A stretch of DNA of 38,911 nt from a virus. Lineage: Duplodnaviria; Caudoviricetes. Location: positions 1 through 38,911 of IMG/VR virus record IMGVR_UViG_3300029145_000010. One strand, given 5' to 3'. The position numbers and the translations under genes are program-made. Positions 9,343 through 17,645 of the stretch are shown piece by piece. Numbering within the stretch: position 1 is the stretch's first letter; every line of letters starts with the position of its first letter. Under the pieces are notes generated by a model, which did not search any database, was not told the DNA's origin, and saw nothing but the letters and a program-made list of their open reading frames with translations.

Positions 9343-9370
9343 ACCCTATAGAATAGCCCTTATTTCGAGC
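9343..9370 (-). other. dif-like site GCTCGAAATAA-GGGCTA-TTCTATAGGGT
   Basis: 11-6-11 site; the TAA of the left arm is the stop codon of ORF 9360-9644. Confidence 0.6.
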
Positions 9371-9644
9371 TATTCTGTTCCATCTCATCAAAATCAGCTT
9401 TCGCCTTCGGATACAAACGCTCTACCTGCTCATTGGATGGAATATCAAACAAATACCCCTCCGGAGCGAAATTCTCCCACTCATCCGTACCGGGATCATA
9501 CTTCACATAACTAATAAGACCCTCCGCTTCAGCAAGCAAATCATCCTCATCTTCACAGGGATACGGATCACTCATGCTCACACACGACTCAATCTCTAAA
9601 CAAAGGTTATTCAACCATGCCTCAACGACTTCACGCTTATTCAT
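9360..9644 (-). CDS. Acidic hypothetical protein
   Basis: 94 aa, SD AGGAG; bracketed by dif-like sites at 9343 and 9666. Confidence 0.6.
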   Translation of the reverse strand: MNKREVVEAWLNNLCLEIESCVSMSDPYPCEDEDDLLAEAEGLISYVKYDPGTDEWENFAPEGYLFDIPSNEQVERLYPKAKADFDEMEQNSSK

Positions 9645-9665
9645 CTCGATTACTCCTATCCTCTC

Positions 9666-9693
9666 ATATCGCAGAAAACCCGTTATCGGGCAT
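9666..9693 (-). other. dif-like site ATGCCCGATAA-CGGGTT-TTCTGCGATAT
   Basis: 11-6-11 site abutting the stop of the PolX-like gene. Confidence 0.65.
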
Positions 9694-10379
9694 CAGAACA
9701 AACGACCCTGCTTCAACTCAGGCACATACATCTCAACCAACTTCTCAGCATCCGGGCAATACACCCATGACCAAAGCCACTCCTGATACGTCTTAGTCTC
9801 GCGAAACTTCGGAGGAACAACAGGCATCCTCAGCAAGTGATATAACGTTTCCTCATCAGGAATATGCAACTTCGCCAGCCGCGCATACCCACGCTCGAAA
9901 TTAAACGCAGGATGCTTACTGTCATAACTCACATGCCAGCCATACCCACCAGAGAAGCGCACAGGACTTTTACACGCCTTCATGCGGCTCATCACATACG
10001 TATTCTTCTCGCCAGCACCCGTCCGCAACCATTGCACATATCCACGATTGTGCTCATCACAGATAAACACCTCTACTAACTGCCCCTGATAAATCATCCC
10101 TCGATACGTATCACCCCACCGGGACTGTTTCTTCTCGCCATACAGCGCCTTATCGACCACGCCCATCTCCAGCAAAATATCCAGACGATTCAGCACAGCG
10201 CTCAACGTATTCGGTAGGATGACAATCTCAACATCACCCACCACAGCTTTTTCACGGCGGATGCTACCGGCGACACAATGCCACCGGCACACATTCTCTA
10301 AGTGATTCATAATGTCAGACGCAACCTCCCGCGCCCGAGCCAGACTCATTCCCTCACCACTACTCATGATTATCCTCAC
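9693..10379 (-). CDS. Minimal DNA polymerase X/beta-family nucleotidyltransferase (palm and thumb only)
   Basis: VAGSIRREKAVVGDVEIV and LRTG motifs of PolX; C-terminal QGRLF resembles a clamp-binding motif. Confidence 0.8.
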   Translation of the reverse strand: MRIIMSSGEGMSLARAREVASDIMNHLENVCRWHCVAGSIRREKAVVGDVEIVILPNTLSAVLNRLDILLEMGVVDKALYGEKKQSRWGDTYRGMIYQGQLVEVFICDEHNRGYVQWLRTGAGEKNTYVMSRMKACKSPVRFSGGYGWHVSYDSKHPAFNFERGYARLAKLHIPDEETLYHLLRMPVVPPKFRETKTYQEWLWSWVYCPDAEKLVEMYVPELKQGRLF

Positions 10380-10632
10380 TTTGATTATTTAGTTGCTCAG
10401 AGCCATGCGCTTGAGCATGTTTGGCTAGGTTGTAGATTGTTTCTCCATAATCTAGGATTTGAAGATCTGTATGATCTGGATACCAATACTTGATTTCGAC
10501 TCCCCATTTTTCACAGAGGTCGATTAGACGTTTCTCAAGTTTGTCAGGGTCGATGGTGCTGGCGAGTGTATCCACCAGATGTTTAACCCTGCGGAGGTCA
10601 TAAGCTGTCGATGGCTTTTGACGTTCACGCAT
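10360..10632 (-). CDS. Hypothetical protein
   Basis: 90-aa ORF in the early operon. Confidence 0.5.
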   Translation of the reverse strand: MRERQKPSTAYDLRRVKHLVDTLASTIDPDKLEKRLIDLCEKWGVEIKYWYPDHTDLQILDYGETIYNLAKHAQAHGSEQLNNQSEDNHE

Positions 10633-10831
10633 CGTAAATCAATCCTTGATGTGCAATTGCAATTAGATGAGCATTGTTGTGCATATCCCAAACACCGAAG
10701 TAATTTTCCTCAAAGTTTATTGACTGATCTAATGCGTGAGTTATAGCGTCATCTTTAGTATCAAATACCGGGTCATCGACTTGAAAGTTAATAAGGTCTC
10801 CTACTTGATAAGCAAATTGATTTGCACTCAT
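10625..10831 (-). CDS. Hypothetical protein
   Basis: 68 aa, SD GGAGCAGG. Confidence 0.55.
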   Translation of the reverse strand: MSANQFAYQVGDLINFQVDDPVFDTKDDAITHALDQSINFEENYFGVWDMHNNAHLIAIAHQGLIYDA

Positions 10832-10847
10832 AATTACCTGCTCCTAT

Positions 10848-11207
10848 CTAATTAAAAATCCCTACATGCACCGCTAACCGACGCGCATCATCAACCAGAC
10901 CACGCTGAAGCATGAAGCCCACCGTCAGCATACTCGCCTCAATCGCCTCCCGCCCATTCCGTTCCTGAACATACATGCAGTGGTTAACCTCCGCCGCATG
11001 TCGATGACAACCAATCTCATCCTCTAGCATCTGATTCTCGATGTCACTCTGAATCAGCATCAACTCCAACCACTGGTCATAATCATGAGCAATCGACCCC
11101 TCCACCTCACAATTATCCGTATACAGCTCATACAACTCATGAATCTCTTGTATCGTTCTCATAACATCGCTCCTATACGACATATTCAACCGTGACAACT
11201 TCTCCAC
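10848..11207 (-). CDS. Hypothetical protein (true start probably MSYRSD, about 11183)
   Basis: ORF directly downstream of the replication gene. Confidence 0.55.
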   Translation of the reverse strand: MEKLSRLNMSYRSDVMRTIQEIHELYELYTDNCEVEGSIAHDYDQWLELMLIQSDIENQMLEDEIGCHRHAAEVNHCMYVQERNGREAIEASMLTVGFMLQRGLVDDARRLAVHVGIFN

Positions 11208-12318
11208 GGCACATTCTCAGAATTGCCTCTATATTTCGTTTGAATTGCAAAAAGATTTTCTCAGCCACATCAGCAGGACGACGCAAGCGCACCACACCGT
11301 CACCCTCGCCAGCAAACTCCAACCGACGCGCAAAAATCCACCAATCAAGATTAAACTGCCCCTCCATTTGTCCCATAAAACCACCCCACCAATTCGGGAT
11401 CGTTTCAGATTTAGGGAGGAACTTTGTAGGAACCTTATCCAGAGGCTCCGCCTGTTGTTCTGCTGGAGGAGACACCATCAACCGCGACTTCTCCGCATCC
11501 AATTGACGAGCCTTCAAACTCGCTCGCAAATATTTCTGCGGATGCTTCACAGACGTCGCCACCTCAAGACTACTCAAGCAATCAATTAAATCCGTCCGTG
11601 ACACATCTTTAAAAGCCACCCGGTCAACCAGTGTCATCAAACCACCAGTCACCAAACCTTCTAAAATTTCATCCACTGAAGATAAATTTATCAACGAACC
11701 GACCAACGCTTTTGTACTTGTAGTCTTTTTTGTTGTTTTAGTTGTTGTCTTGTCTGTTAATGGGTTCTTGATTTCGACAGAACCGACCTCTCCAAAACCA
11801 GAACCCACCTTGAATTCGCCAGAACCCACCTTCGGATCATCACGTTTTAACCACACCAGTTCATGAATCTGACGAGCAGGCACACCCAGCACCTTCGCAA
11901 TCCGTGCCGTAAAATACGCAGGATCGAGCTTAAAATGTAACTGCTTATCGCCCATCGCCTTTTCATTCCAGATTGTGAATCCAATCCCTTCCAGGCGTTT
12001 ACGACGAGCCGCACTATAAACCTGGCTCGAGCTAACCCCGCAATACGCTGACCACTCGTCTGCATTGCGCCATACTGCACCATCTTCACGAATACTATGT
12101 GGCAACCATGCCAGCAGATGCTTAACCATCAACACCGCCACAGCATCAGCATCCAGCATCGCCATCAACATCGCATCCATATAACGGTAATTCGGGCTTA
12201 AATCCGTCGCTATACTCAAAGCCTCAAACCAATCCACAGGCGGAGCATATAAGCAACTCACAAATAAATCCGAACTCAGTACAGGTCTCTCAGGTATCAC
12301 AAACTGTTCAGCAAACAT
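11173..12318 (-). CDS. Putative replication initiator (replisome organiser type)
   Basis: N-terminal wHTH-like region, T/K-rich linker with internal DNA repeats, C-terminal DnaA-N-like segment; downstream of parAB. Confidence 0.6.
   Translation of the reverse strand: MFAEQFVIPERPVLSSDLFVSCLYAPPVDWFEALSIATDLSPNYRYMDAMLMAMLDADAVAVLMVKHLLAWLPHSIREDGAVWRNADEWSAYCGVSSSQVYSAARRKRLEGIGFTIWNEKAMGDKQLHFKLDPAYFTARIAKVLGVPARQIHELVWLKRDDPKVGSGEFKVGSGFGEVGSVEIKNPLTDKTTTKTTKKTTSTKALVGSLINLSSVDEILEGLVTGGLMTLVDRVAFKDVSRTDLIDCLSSLEVATSVKHPQKYLRASLKARQLDAEKSRLMVSPPAEQQAEPLDKVPTKFLPKSETIPNWWGGFMGQMEGQFNLDWWIFARRLEFAGEGDGVVRLRRPADVAEKIFLQFKRNIEAILRMCRGEVVTVEYVV
11710..11831. other. Putative intragenic replication origin (three iterons plus an AT-rich tract)
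   Basis: CAGAACCSACCT at 11778, 11799 and 11820 (21-bp period), next to a T-rich tract at 11710-11760. Confidence 0.55.
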
Positions 12319-12359
12319 AATTATCCTTCCAGAGAAGCCCCTCCCACAGGGGCATAAAA

Positions 12360-13844
12360 TTAATTGCCGCGTATTTCCTTATCCATCACATCCCAAACAG
12401 ACAAAGCCTTATAAAATCGACCCGTCGCATCTTCCATCAACAAACCAACCGTATCTGCCAGCTTATTCAAATACTGAGCAAACTCATCTTGGCTCATCTC
12501 AGCAGACATACGGCGAACGTCACCGGTTGATAACTTCATCAAGTCCAACAACATCTCAGCCGCCGCCTCATCATTCATCACCCGCGCCATATGCACAAAC
12601 TGAGCAACCAGCGAAGAAATATTCACCTCTTTAACCAATTGCTCGTCATAAAGAGCATTCTGTAGACCTAACGAACCGTCGCCCTCAGCCTCAAATCGCT
12701 CAACATCAGGCACATAACCGCTATTACCCGATAGGGCAGGGGGCTTGGGGAGGGATTGCGCCTCATCTCGATATGCACTACTCGGCGGCAAACTGCCAGC
12801 AGGACGACCAAACGACTGATCACCCGGCAAAAATCGCGCCCGTCTTCCCTCAACCTCATCATCAACCTTAACGACCGTTAAGGTCTCCTCATCCTCATCA
12901 GCGTGTTTAACAACTGTTAAACTCTGCACATATTCTCGAATGTAATTCTCAGACCAATCATTCGTGTCAGCCTCGAGCCAGATCTTGTCATTCAGCTCCT
13001 CATCATCCGTCAAGCTCAACAGACGACGATACTGACTAATACGAGCCATACTTAACCCCACCGCGTGACTTATCTTGTCACCACTACCCATAGGGATCCG
13101 ATGTATATTCCCATTCGCAACCTGTGCATAAAATCGACGGTCACTCTCACCAGCCAGCACCAGATCGTTATAACTTGCGTAATCATGACCATCCATGTGA
13201 TCACGCTCCGCCATAATCAACAATGCAATCTGACGCGCCATCTGAATCGCATTCAAGCTATCACGCGCATTGTTCTCACTCGCCTGACGAAACACATCAA
13301 ACTCAACCTCACGCGCAGGGATTCGCTCCCATTGACCATCATCCAGATACATATTCAGCAGATGGTGCGCCAGTAAACGACGCTCACCCGTCTCAACCAT
13401 ATACCCGGCACCATCACGCACCACCGTAATCGGATTCGTCAAACCCTCATTGCGGATACTCGCCGCTAGGCTCATCAACTTGTTGAACCCCACCAGCACC
13501 GCACCCGCATCTTCAGGTAATTCCAACGACTTCATCCCCTTCAGTATCTGCGCCACATCAAACCGCTTACCATATTGATGCACCGCACCCTGATACCATG
13601 TCCCCAGCAAAGCAGGAATCGCCTCTGGAGACCCGTCCCACTCGCCGCACACCACCATCGGGATTGCTCTCCGCGGTTGCGCCCTATCCGGTCGAATACT
13701 CATAATCGGGATTGGCTTTGCACGCATCACCCCCGTATTCAGTCCAGGCTCCGACTTTCCGTAAATCTCATCTGCAACCTCATCTATATCCGCATGAGGC
13801 TGTGCAAAAATATCAATCTTGCCTTCATCTCTACGCTGAGACAT
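12360..13844 (-). CDS. parB: ParB-family partition protein (long, with insertions)
   Basis: PDRAQPRR, GLTNPITV, TGERR and ENNARDSL ParB/Srx motifs, followed by an HTH. Confidence 0.85.
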   Translation of the reverse strand: MSQRRDEGKIDIFAQPHADIDEVADEIYGKSEPGLNTGVMRAKPIPIMSIRPDRAQPRRAIPMVVCGEWDGSPEAIPALLGTWYQGAVHQYGKRFDVAQILKGMKSLELPEDAGAVLVGFNKLMSLAASIRNEGLTNPITVVRDGAGYMVETGERRLLAHHLLNMYLDDGQWERIPAREVEFDVFRQASENNARDSLNAIQMARQIALLIMAERDHMDGHDYASYNDLVLAGESDRRFYAQVANGNIHRIPMGSGDKISHAVGLSMARISQYRRLLSLTDDEELNDKIWLEADTNDWSENYIREYVQSLTVVKHADEDEETLTVVKVDDEVEGRRARFLPGDQSFGRPAGSLPPSSAYRDEAQSLPKPPALSGNSGYVPDVERFEAEGDGSLGLQNALYDEQLVKEVNISSLVAQFVHMARVMNDEAAAEMLLDLMKLSTGDVRRMSAEMSQDEFAQYLNKLADTVGLLMEDATGRFYKALSVWDVMDKEIRGN

Positions 13845-14643
13845 TTAATACCCCTTCCAATTGCTTAAATACCGACCAAAATTCAGTCGTTGCCTCAGAG
13901 CGACTATCCAACTGCCACACAGGCAACGCACGACTTTCCGTCTCTGTCCATAATGTCCGCATCGGCAAACCATCCCATACCAGCGAACCAAACTGCTGTT
14001 TGAGCTTAACCAGGTTGTCAGCCTGCTCATTCGTATGCAACCGCGTCATCATCGGCACAATCCCAATCACATCAATCGCAGGGATTGAATACCGCGCACG
14101 TCCCTTATCAGCACCGACCTTATGACTGATACCCTCCACCAGACCATCAAATGAGGTGAATGCCAGCGCAGTCGGGAAGACAATCCCATCCGTCGCCAGA
14201 TAAATCGAAGCGTGCAATAAAGACGCAGTCGGTGACGTATCAATCACCACATAATCAATCTGCTCCGTATACCGCAACTCATCCAGCCGTTCAGCCAATT
14301 GCGTCACATTATCAATCGCACCAGCAACATTCCGTGTTTCCACATTGCCAGATACCACGAATAGCCGTCCACTCTCAGGGCTAACCCCACCCGGTAGCTC
14401 CCACAGCTCACGGCTCACCACCGTCGAAACATCATTCCAATCCGCATCACGCACCATCAGATCATAAAAGTGAGGAGCTTTCTTCTTGCCCACTCGCAAC
14501 GTCGCATGACCCTGTGAATCAGCATCAATCAACATCACCCGATGACCATGCGCCGCTAATCCAGCCGCAACATGCGTCGCCATCGTCGTCTTACCAACCC
14601 CACCTTTTTCATTCAACAACGTAATTACTTTCATTTTGCTCAT
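13831..14643 (-). CDS. parA: ParA-family ATPase
   Basis: Deviant Walker A NEKGGVGKTT, LIDADSQG, VVIDTSP. Confidence 0.95.
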   Translation of the reverse strand: MSKMKVITLLNEKGGVGKTTMATHVAAGLAAHGHRVMLIDADSQGHATLRVGKKKAPHFYDLMVRDADWNDVSTVVSRELWELPGGVSPESGRLFVVSGNVETRNVAGAIDNVTQLAERLDELRYTEQIDYVVIDTSPTASLLHASIYLATDGIVFPTALAFTSFDGLVEGISHKVGADKGRARYSIPAIDVIGIVPMMTRLHTNEQADNLVKLKQQFGSLVWDGLPMRTLWTETESRALPVWQLDSRSEATTEFWSVFKQLEGVLNVSA

Positions 14644-14755
14644 CTCCTAATTTCGATATTTCTGCTAAAATTTAGGGGAGTATCGGGCAACCCGTACTCT
14701 TGCTTTGGTGCAGGGACGAGAGTGTTCGCTCCCTGCACCCCTCAAACCTCTGCAC

Positions 14756-15088
14756 CTAATCCCACTTATAAGGTCGATTTATCGTCAGAGTGCATTCGTC
14801 AGCCAGTATCGGCAGTCCCTGAATTTCAAAAGACAACTGAACCTCACTGCGCGGAGCATCAAACTTCTTAGCTATCTCATCAACGAGCTTTCCGTATTGC
14901 TCGTCTGAGATTTCACTCATCTTCAACTTATAGACCTTTTGTGGCTCATCAAAATTCGGTAGAAACACCCAATCACCGATAGCACTCTCAACGGGAACGG
15001 TCAGCGTCCCAAAAATTCGCTTCCACATATCCGCCCGTTCAGACGTGTCATGGATCGTCACCGTAAAGTCATGTTCCTTTGTTTCCAT
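14756..15088 (-). CDS. Hypothetical protein
   Basis: 110 aa, SD GGAGCAAGGA. Confidence 0.6.
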   Translation of the reverse strand: METKEHDFTVTIHDTSERADMWKRIFGTLTVPVESAIGDWVFLPNFDEPQKVYKLKMSEISDEQYGKLVDEIAKKFDAPRSEVQLSFEIQGLPILADECTLTINRPYKWD

Positions 15089-15133
15089 CGTCCTTGCTCC
15101 TATTCAATAAACTTCCACTGACGGGGTGATGAC

Positions 15134-15322
15134 TTACTCAGGCAGCTTAAATATCAGCTGGTCTCCCTCGAACGACTGCATCACTAATCTGCGTAACCAC
15201 AGACGACTTAATAACATCCGTGCCACGCCCTTCTTAAAATTGAGGTTGTTGGCGACTTGATCCACCGTGTGCCAGTCCTTATCCTCAAGCAGAGCTAAAA
15301 CCTTTCGCTCATCTGCTGTCAT
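15134..15322 (-). CDS. Small winged-HTH protein (possible excisionase or regulator)
   Basis: 62 aa, HTVDQVANNLNFKKGVARMLLSRL; divergent from the integrase; SD GGAGGG. Confidence 0.55.
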   Translation of the reverse strand: MTADERKVLALLEDKDWHTVDQVANNLNFKKGVARMLLSRLWLRRLVMQSFEGDQLIFKLPE

Positions 15323-15505
15323 AAACCCTCCTATCTAATTCCACGCTTTCGATAAACAACTTTCTCAAACCCTTCCCACCACCGACGCTTTAGCCCATCT
15401 CGGCTTGAATCACTGCGTAATGAGTCCACACTGGCAAGACAGACTCGCCACAGTGAAAAGAACCTATATAATCGAGTTACCAAAGTGTGAATTCAGGAGT
15501 TTTAT

Positions 15506-16471
15506 ATGACCATTTGTCTCAAGGAGGCTGTGGATATTTGGCTATCACAGCAAATCGAAACCACTCGCAAATCCTACTACTATCCCATCAAGGCGCATCT
15601 GGAATATGTCGGCGAGCAATTGCCACTGGATGCCATCACGCCCGTTCACATCGCCACCTACTCTGAGCTAATCAAGCAACGGGATTACGCCACGAAGACA
15701 CTCTACAAACACATCTCCACCATCAAGACCTTCTGGAATTGGTGCATCAAGATGGATTTTGTAGAGAAGTCACCAGCTCGTATCCTCAAAAAGCCTAAAG
15801 TCCAGCGCAAGGTGAGTGATGAAAAAGCATTGCCTGCCAGAGACATTGGCATCTTGCTCGAATATCTCAAGCAACAAACGCTCAAGACCAATCCGGAAGA
15901 ACATGCCGTTGCAACTCGCAACTATGCACTCTTCACATTCCTTGCAGAAACAGGGGCTAGGGTAGGGGGTGCCGCATCACTCAAGATACGGGATCTCTGG
16001 CTCGATGACCTCTACGCTTATACCACCGAGAAGGGGTCGAAGCGTCTCAAGAAAGCCTTCACTGAAGAATGTGCCAATGCCTTCCGTGCCTGGTTGCTAT
16101 GTCGTCCGAATACGGATAACTCCAACGGGCATGTCTTTATATCCATGCGCGTCTACAAACCACTCACAGGCAATTACATGGCTCAAATCATGCGAAGAAC
16201 AGCGGAAGCAATAAAGCAAGATTGGGGATATGAATTGCAAAACAGAAACCCTCATGCCTTGCGTCATAGTCTCGCTCTGCGGATGTGGGCGGATAAAGTT
16301 GCACCCTCACGGATTGCAGTCGCCCTCGGTCACAGTCGCATCGAAACAACCATAGAACACTATGCGCCTAACGATTGGGAAGGGACAGCAGATGCTATTC
16401 GCAACTTGGCAATTAGCCCGCAACGTCCGCCAAAACAGGCTGAGAAAATTCTGAAAATCTCCGGTAATTAG
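15506..16471 (+). CDS. int: Tyrosine integrase
   Basis: TGARVG, K, HALRH, LGH and catalytic Y; ends about 30 bp before the tRNA-derived attP. Confidence 0.92.
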   Translation: MTICLKEAVDIWLSQQIETTRKSYYYPIKAHLEYVGEQLPLDAITPVHIATYSELIKQRDYATKTLYKHISTIKTFWNWCIKMDFVEKSPARILKKPKVQRKVSDEKALPARDIGILLEYLKQQTLKTNPEEHAVATRNYALFTFLAETGARVGGAASLKIRDLWLDDLYAYTTEKGSKRLKKAFTEECANAFRAWLLCRPNTDNSNGHVFISMRVYKPLTGNYMAQIMRRTAEAIKQDWGYELQNRNPHALRHSLALRMWADKVAPSRIAVALGHSRIETTIEHYAPNDWEGTADAIRNLAISPQRPPKQAEKILKISGN

Positions 16472-16503
16472 GAGTGTTTCTAAATAATGCAGTCCTGCAT
16501 TAA

Positions 16504-16541
16504 GTATAAGAGGTCGTGGGTTCAAATCCCGCTACCCCGAC
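16504..16541 (+). other. attP core: 3' half of a tRNA-Pro
   Basis: GTATAAG-AGGTC-GTGGGTTCAAATCCCGC-TACCCCGAC gives the 3' anticodon stem, variable loop, T-arm and Pro-type acceptor strand; the 5' half is absent. Confidence 0.85.
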
Positions 16542-16805
16542 AGAGTTTTGATAGATTTAAATAGGCTTGAGCATGAAAATGAATTACTTGCACCAAAAAA
16601 GTGCTACTCAATCCAATCGTCTAAATCATCACTCATATCACCAGAGTCCTAATAGGACTCTGTTACTTTAATGAGCCATCCTACCTATAGGAACTCGATA
16701 TTTTTTTGTTAAGGTGCAATCGGGACTAAATGCCCGTTTAATCCACATGGGACACAATGTCCCACACACTTTGGTATGAGAGCGGTAGCAGGAAACTTTC
16801 CTAGG

Positions 16806-17093
16806 TTAGACTGCTATCGCTCTCATTTCTTGCCCCTGCTCATCATCCTCAGAGACTTCAATCTCAACCAGTTTGAATAGATCACCAGGATCACAATCAA
16901 AATAAAGACATAGAGCGACAATTGTCTCATCACTATAGGTATTGTTTTTGTGATTGAGCATGTTACTGATGGTATTCCGGTGGAGTCCTGTATCCTCAGC
17001 AATATCCTTGATTAGAATTTGCTTGAGTTCTTTTTGCTCTTTGAGAGCGAGGAGTTTCTTCGTTTGATTAACGAGAATATGCTTCTTTGCCAT
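16806..17093 (-). CDS. Cro/CI-type HTH transcriptional regulator
   Basis: IKDIAEDTGLHRNTISNM...LCLYFDCDPGDLF; no peptidase domain. Confidence 0.85.
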   Translation of the reverse strand: MAKKHILVNQTKKLLALKEQKELKQILIKDIAEDTGLHRNTISNMLNHKNNTYSDETIVALCLYFDCDPGDLFKLVEIEVSEDDEQGQEMRAIAV

Positions 17094-17120
17094 AAAGTCT
17101 CCTGACTACTGATGTTTTAA

Positions 17121-17149
17121 AAATAACATTAATTTGCACACATTGTCAA
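17121..17149 (-). promoter_or_regulatory. Leftward sigma70-type promoter
   Basis: TTGACA-N17-TTATTT (or N18-TATTTT) on the minus strand. Confidence 0.55.
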
Positions 17150-17200
17150 GCATTTGATTTTTCTAACGTACAGATAAACACATTGTAATGTAGATTGTAA

Positions 17201-17229
17201 TTGACAGACTTGCACAAATAAGGTAGCAT
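17201..17229 (+). promoter_or_regulatory. Rightward sigma70-type promoter for the Zn-ribbon/recombinase unit
   Basis: TTGACA-N17-TAGCAT; TTGCACA occurs in the spacers of both divergent promoters. Confidence 0.7.
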
Positions 17230-17313
17230 ATACACAAATAAACAAATACCCCGTGAGATAGCTTTCCAGGGCAGAGTCTCACAGGGTATCTAACATAGAG
17301 AGGCTTAACTCCC

Positions 17314-17541
17314 ATGTCACATCATAATATAACGCCTAATATTACAGATCGCAACTCAGACAGTGAGACCTACGATTGCGTGTCCTGCAAGCTGACGGAT
17401 GCAATTCCATCTGAATCACTCTTTCGCTGGAAACACTTCACTAATAACAATGTCTACCGTGTGCAAGGGACCTGCATGTTTTGCGGCTCAACCCTCACAC
17501 TCTGGTACGAAGACCAGCACGGCAACCGCATTACTAAATAA
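17314..17541 (+). CDS. Small Zn-ribbon protein
   Basis: 75 aa, CVSC...CMFC, SD GAGAGG. Confidence 0.6.
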   Translation: MSHHNITPNITDRNSDSETYDCVSCKLTDAIPSESLFRWKHFTNNNVYRVQGTCMFCGSTLTLWYEDQHGNRITK

Positions 17542-17554
17542 CCCTTCCATGAAC

Positions 17555-17598
17555 TCCCTCCCTGAATTCGGGGAGGGCTGGGGTGGGGTCTTTTTTTT
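17555..17598 (+). repeat. REP-like hairpin or terminator
   Basis: CCCTCCCTGAATTCGGGGAGGG followed by CTGGGGTGGGGTC and T8. Confidence 0.5.
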
Positions 17599-17608
17599 AA
17601 CCAATCAC

Positions 17609-17636
17609 GCTTAGCAGAATGTCACTTATCGCAACG
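17609..17636 (-). other. dif-like site CGTTGCGATAA-GTGACA-TTCTGCTAAGC
   Basis: 11-6-11 site directly upstream of recombinase A, abutting its SD. Confidence 0.7.
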
Positions 17637-17645
17637 GAGAATATC

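Noticed and set aside
12310-12337. Possible dif-like site CTTCTCTGGAA-GGATAA-TTATGTTTGCT over the rep start
   Set aside because: Explicable by the SD and ATG context and the left arm is poor; not counted.
15345-15372. Possible dif-like site GCTTTCGATAA-ACAACT-TTCTCAAACCC
   Set aside because: The right arm matches weakly; needs PWM scoring before acceptance.
15410-15456. Possible structured RNA upstream of int (TCACTG/CAGTGA, GAGTC/GACTC)
   Set aside because: The stems are short and could be chance; there is no independent support.
16480-16545. Complete tRNA gene
   Set aside because: There is no 5' acceptor strand, D-arm or anticodon; only the 3' half is present (attP).
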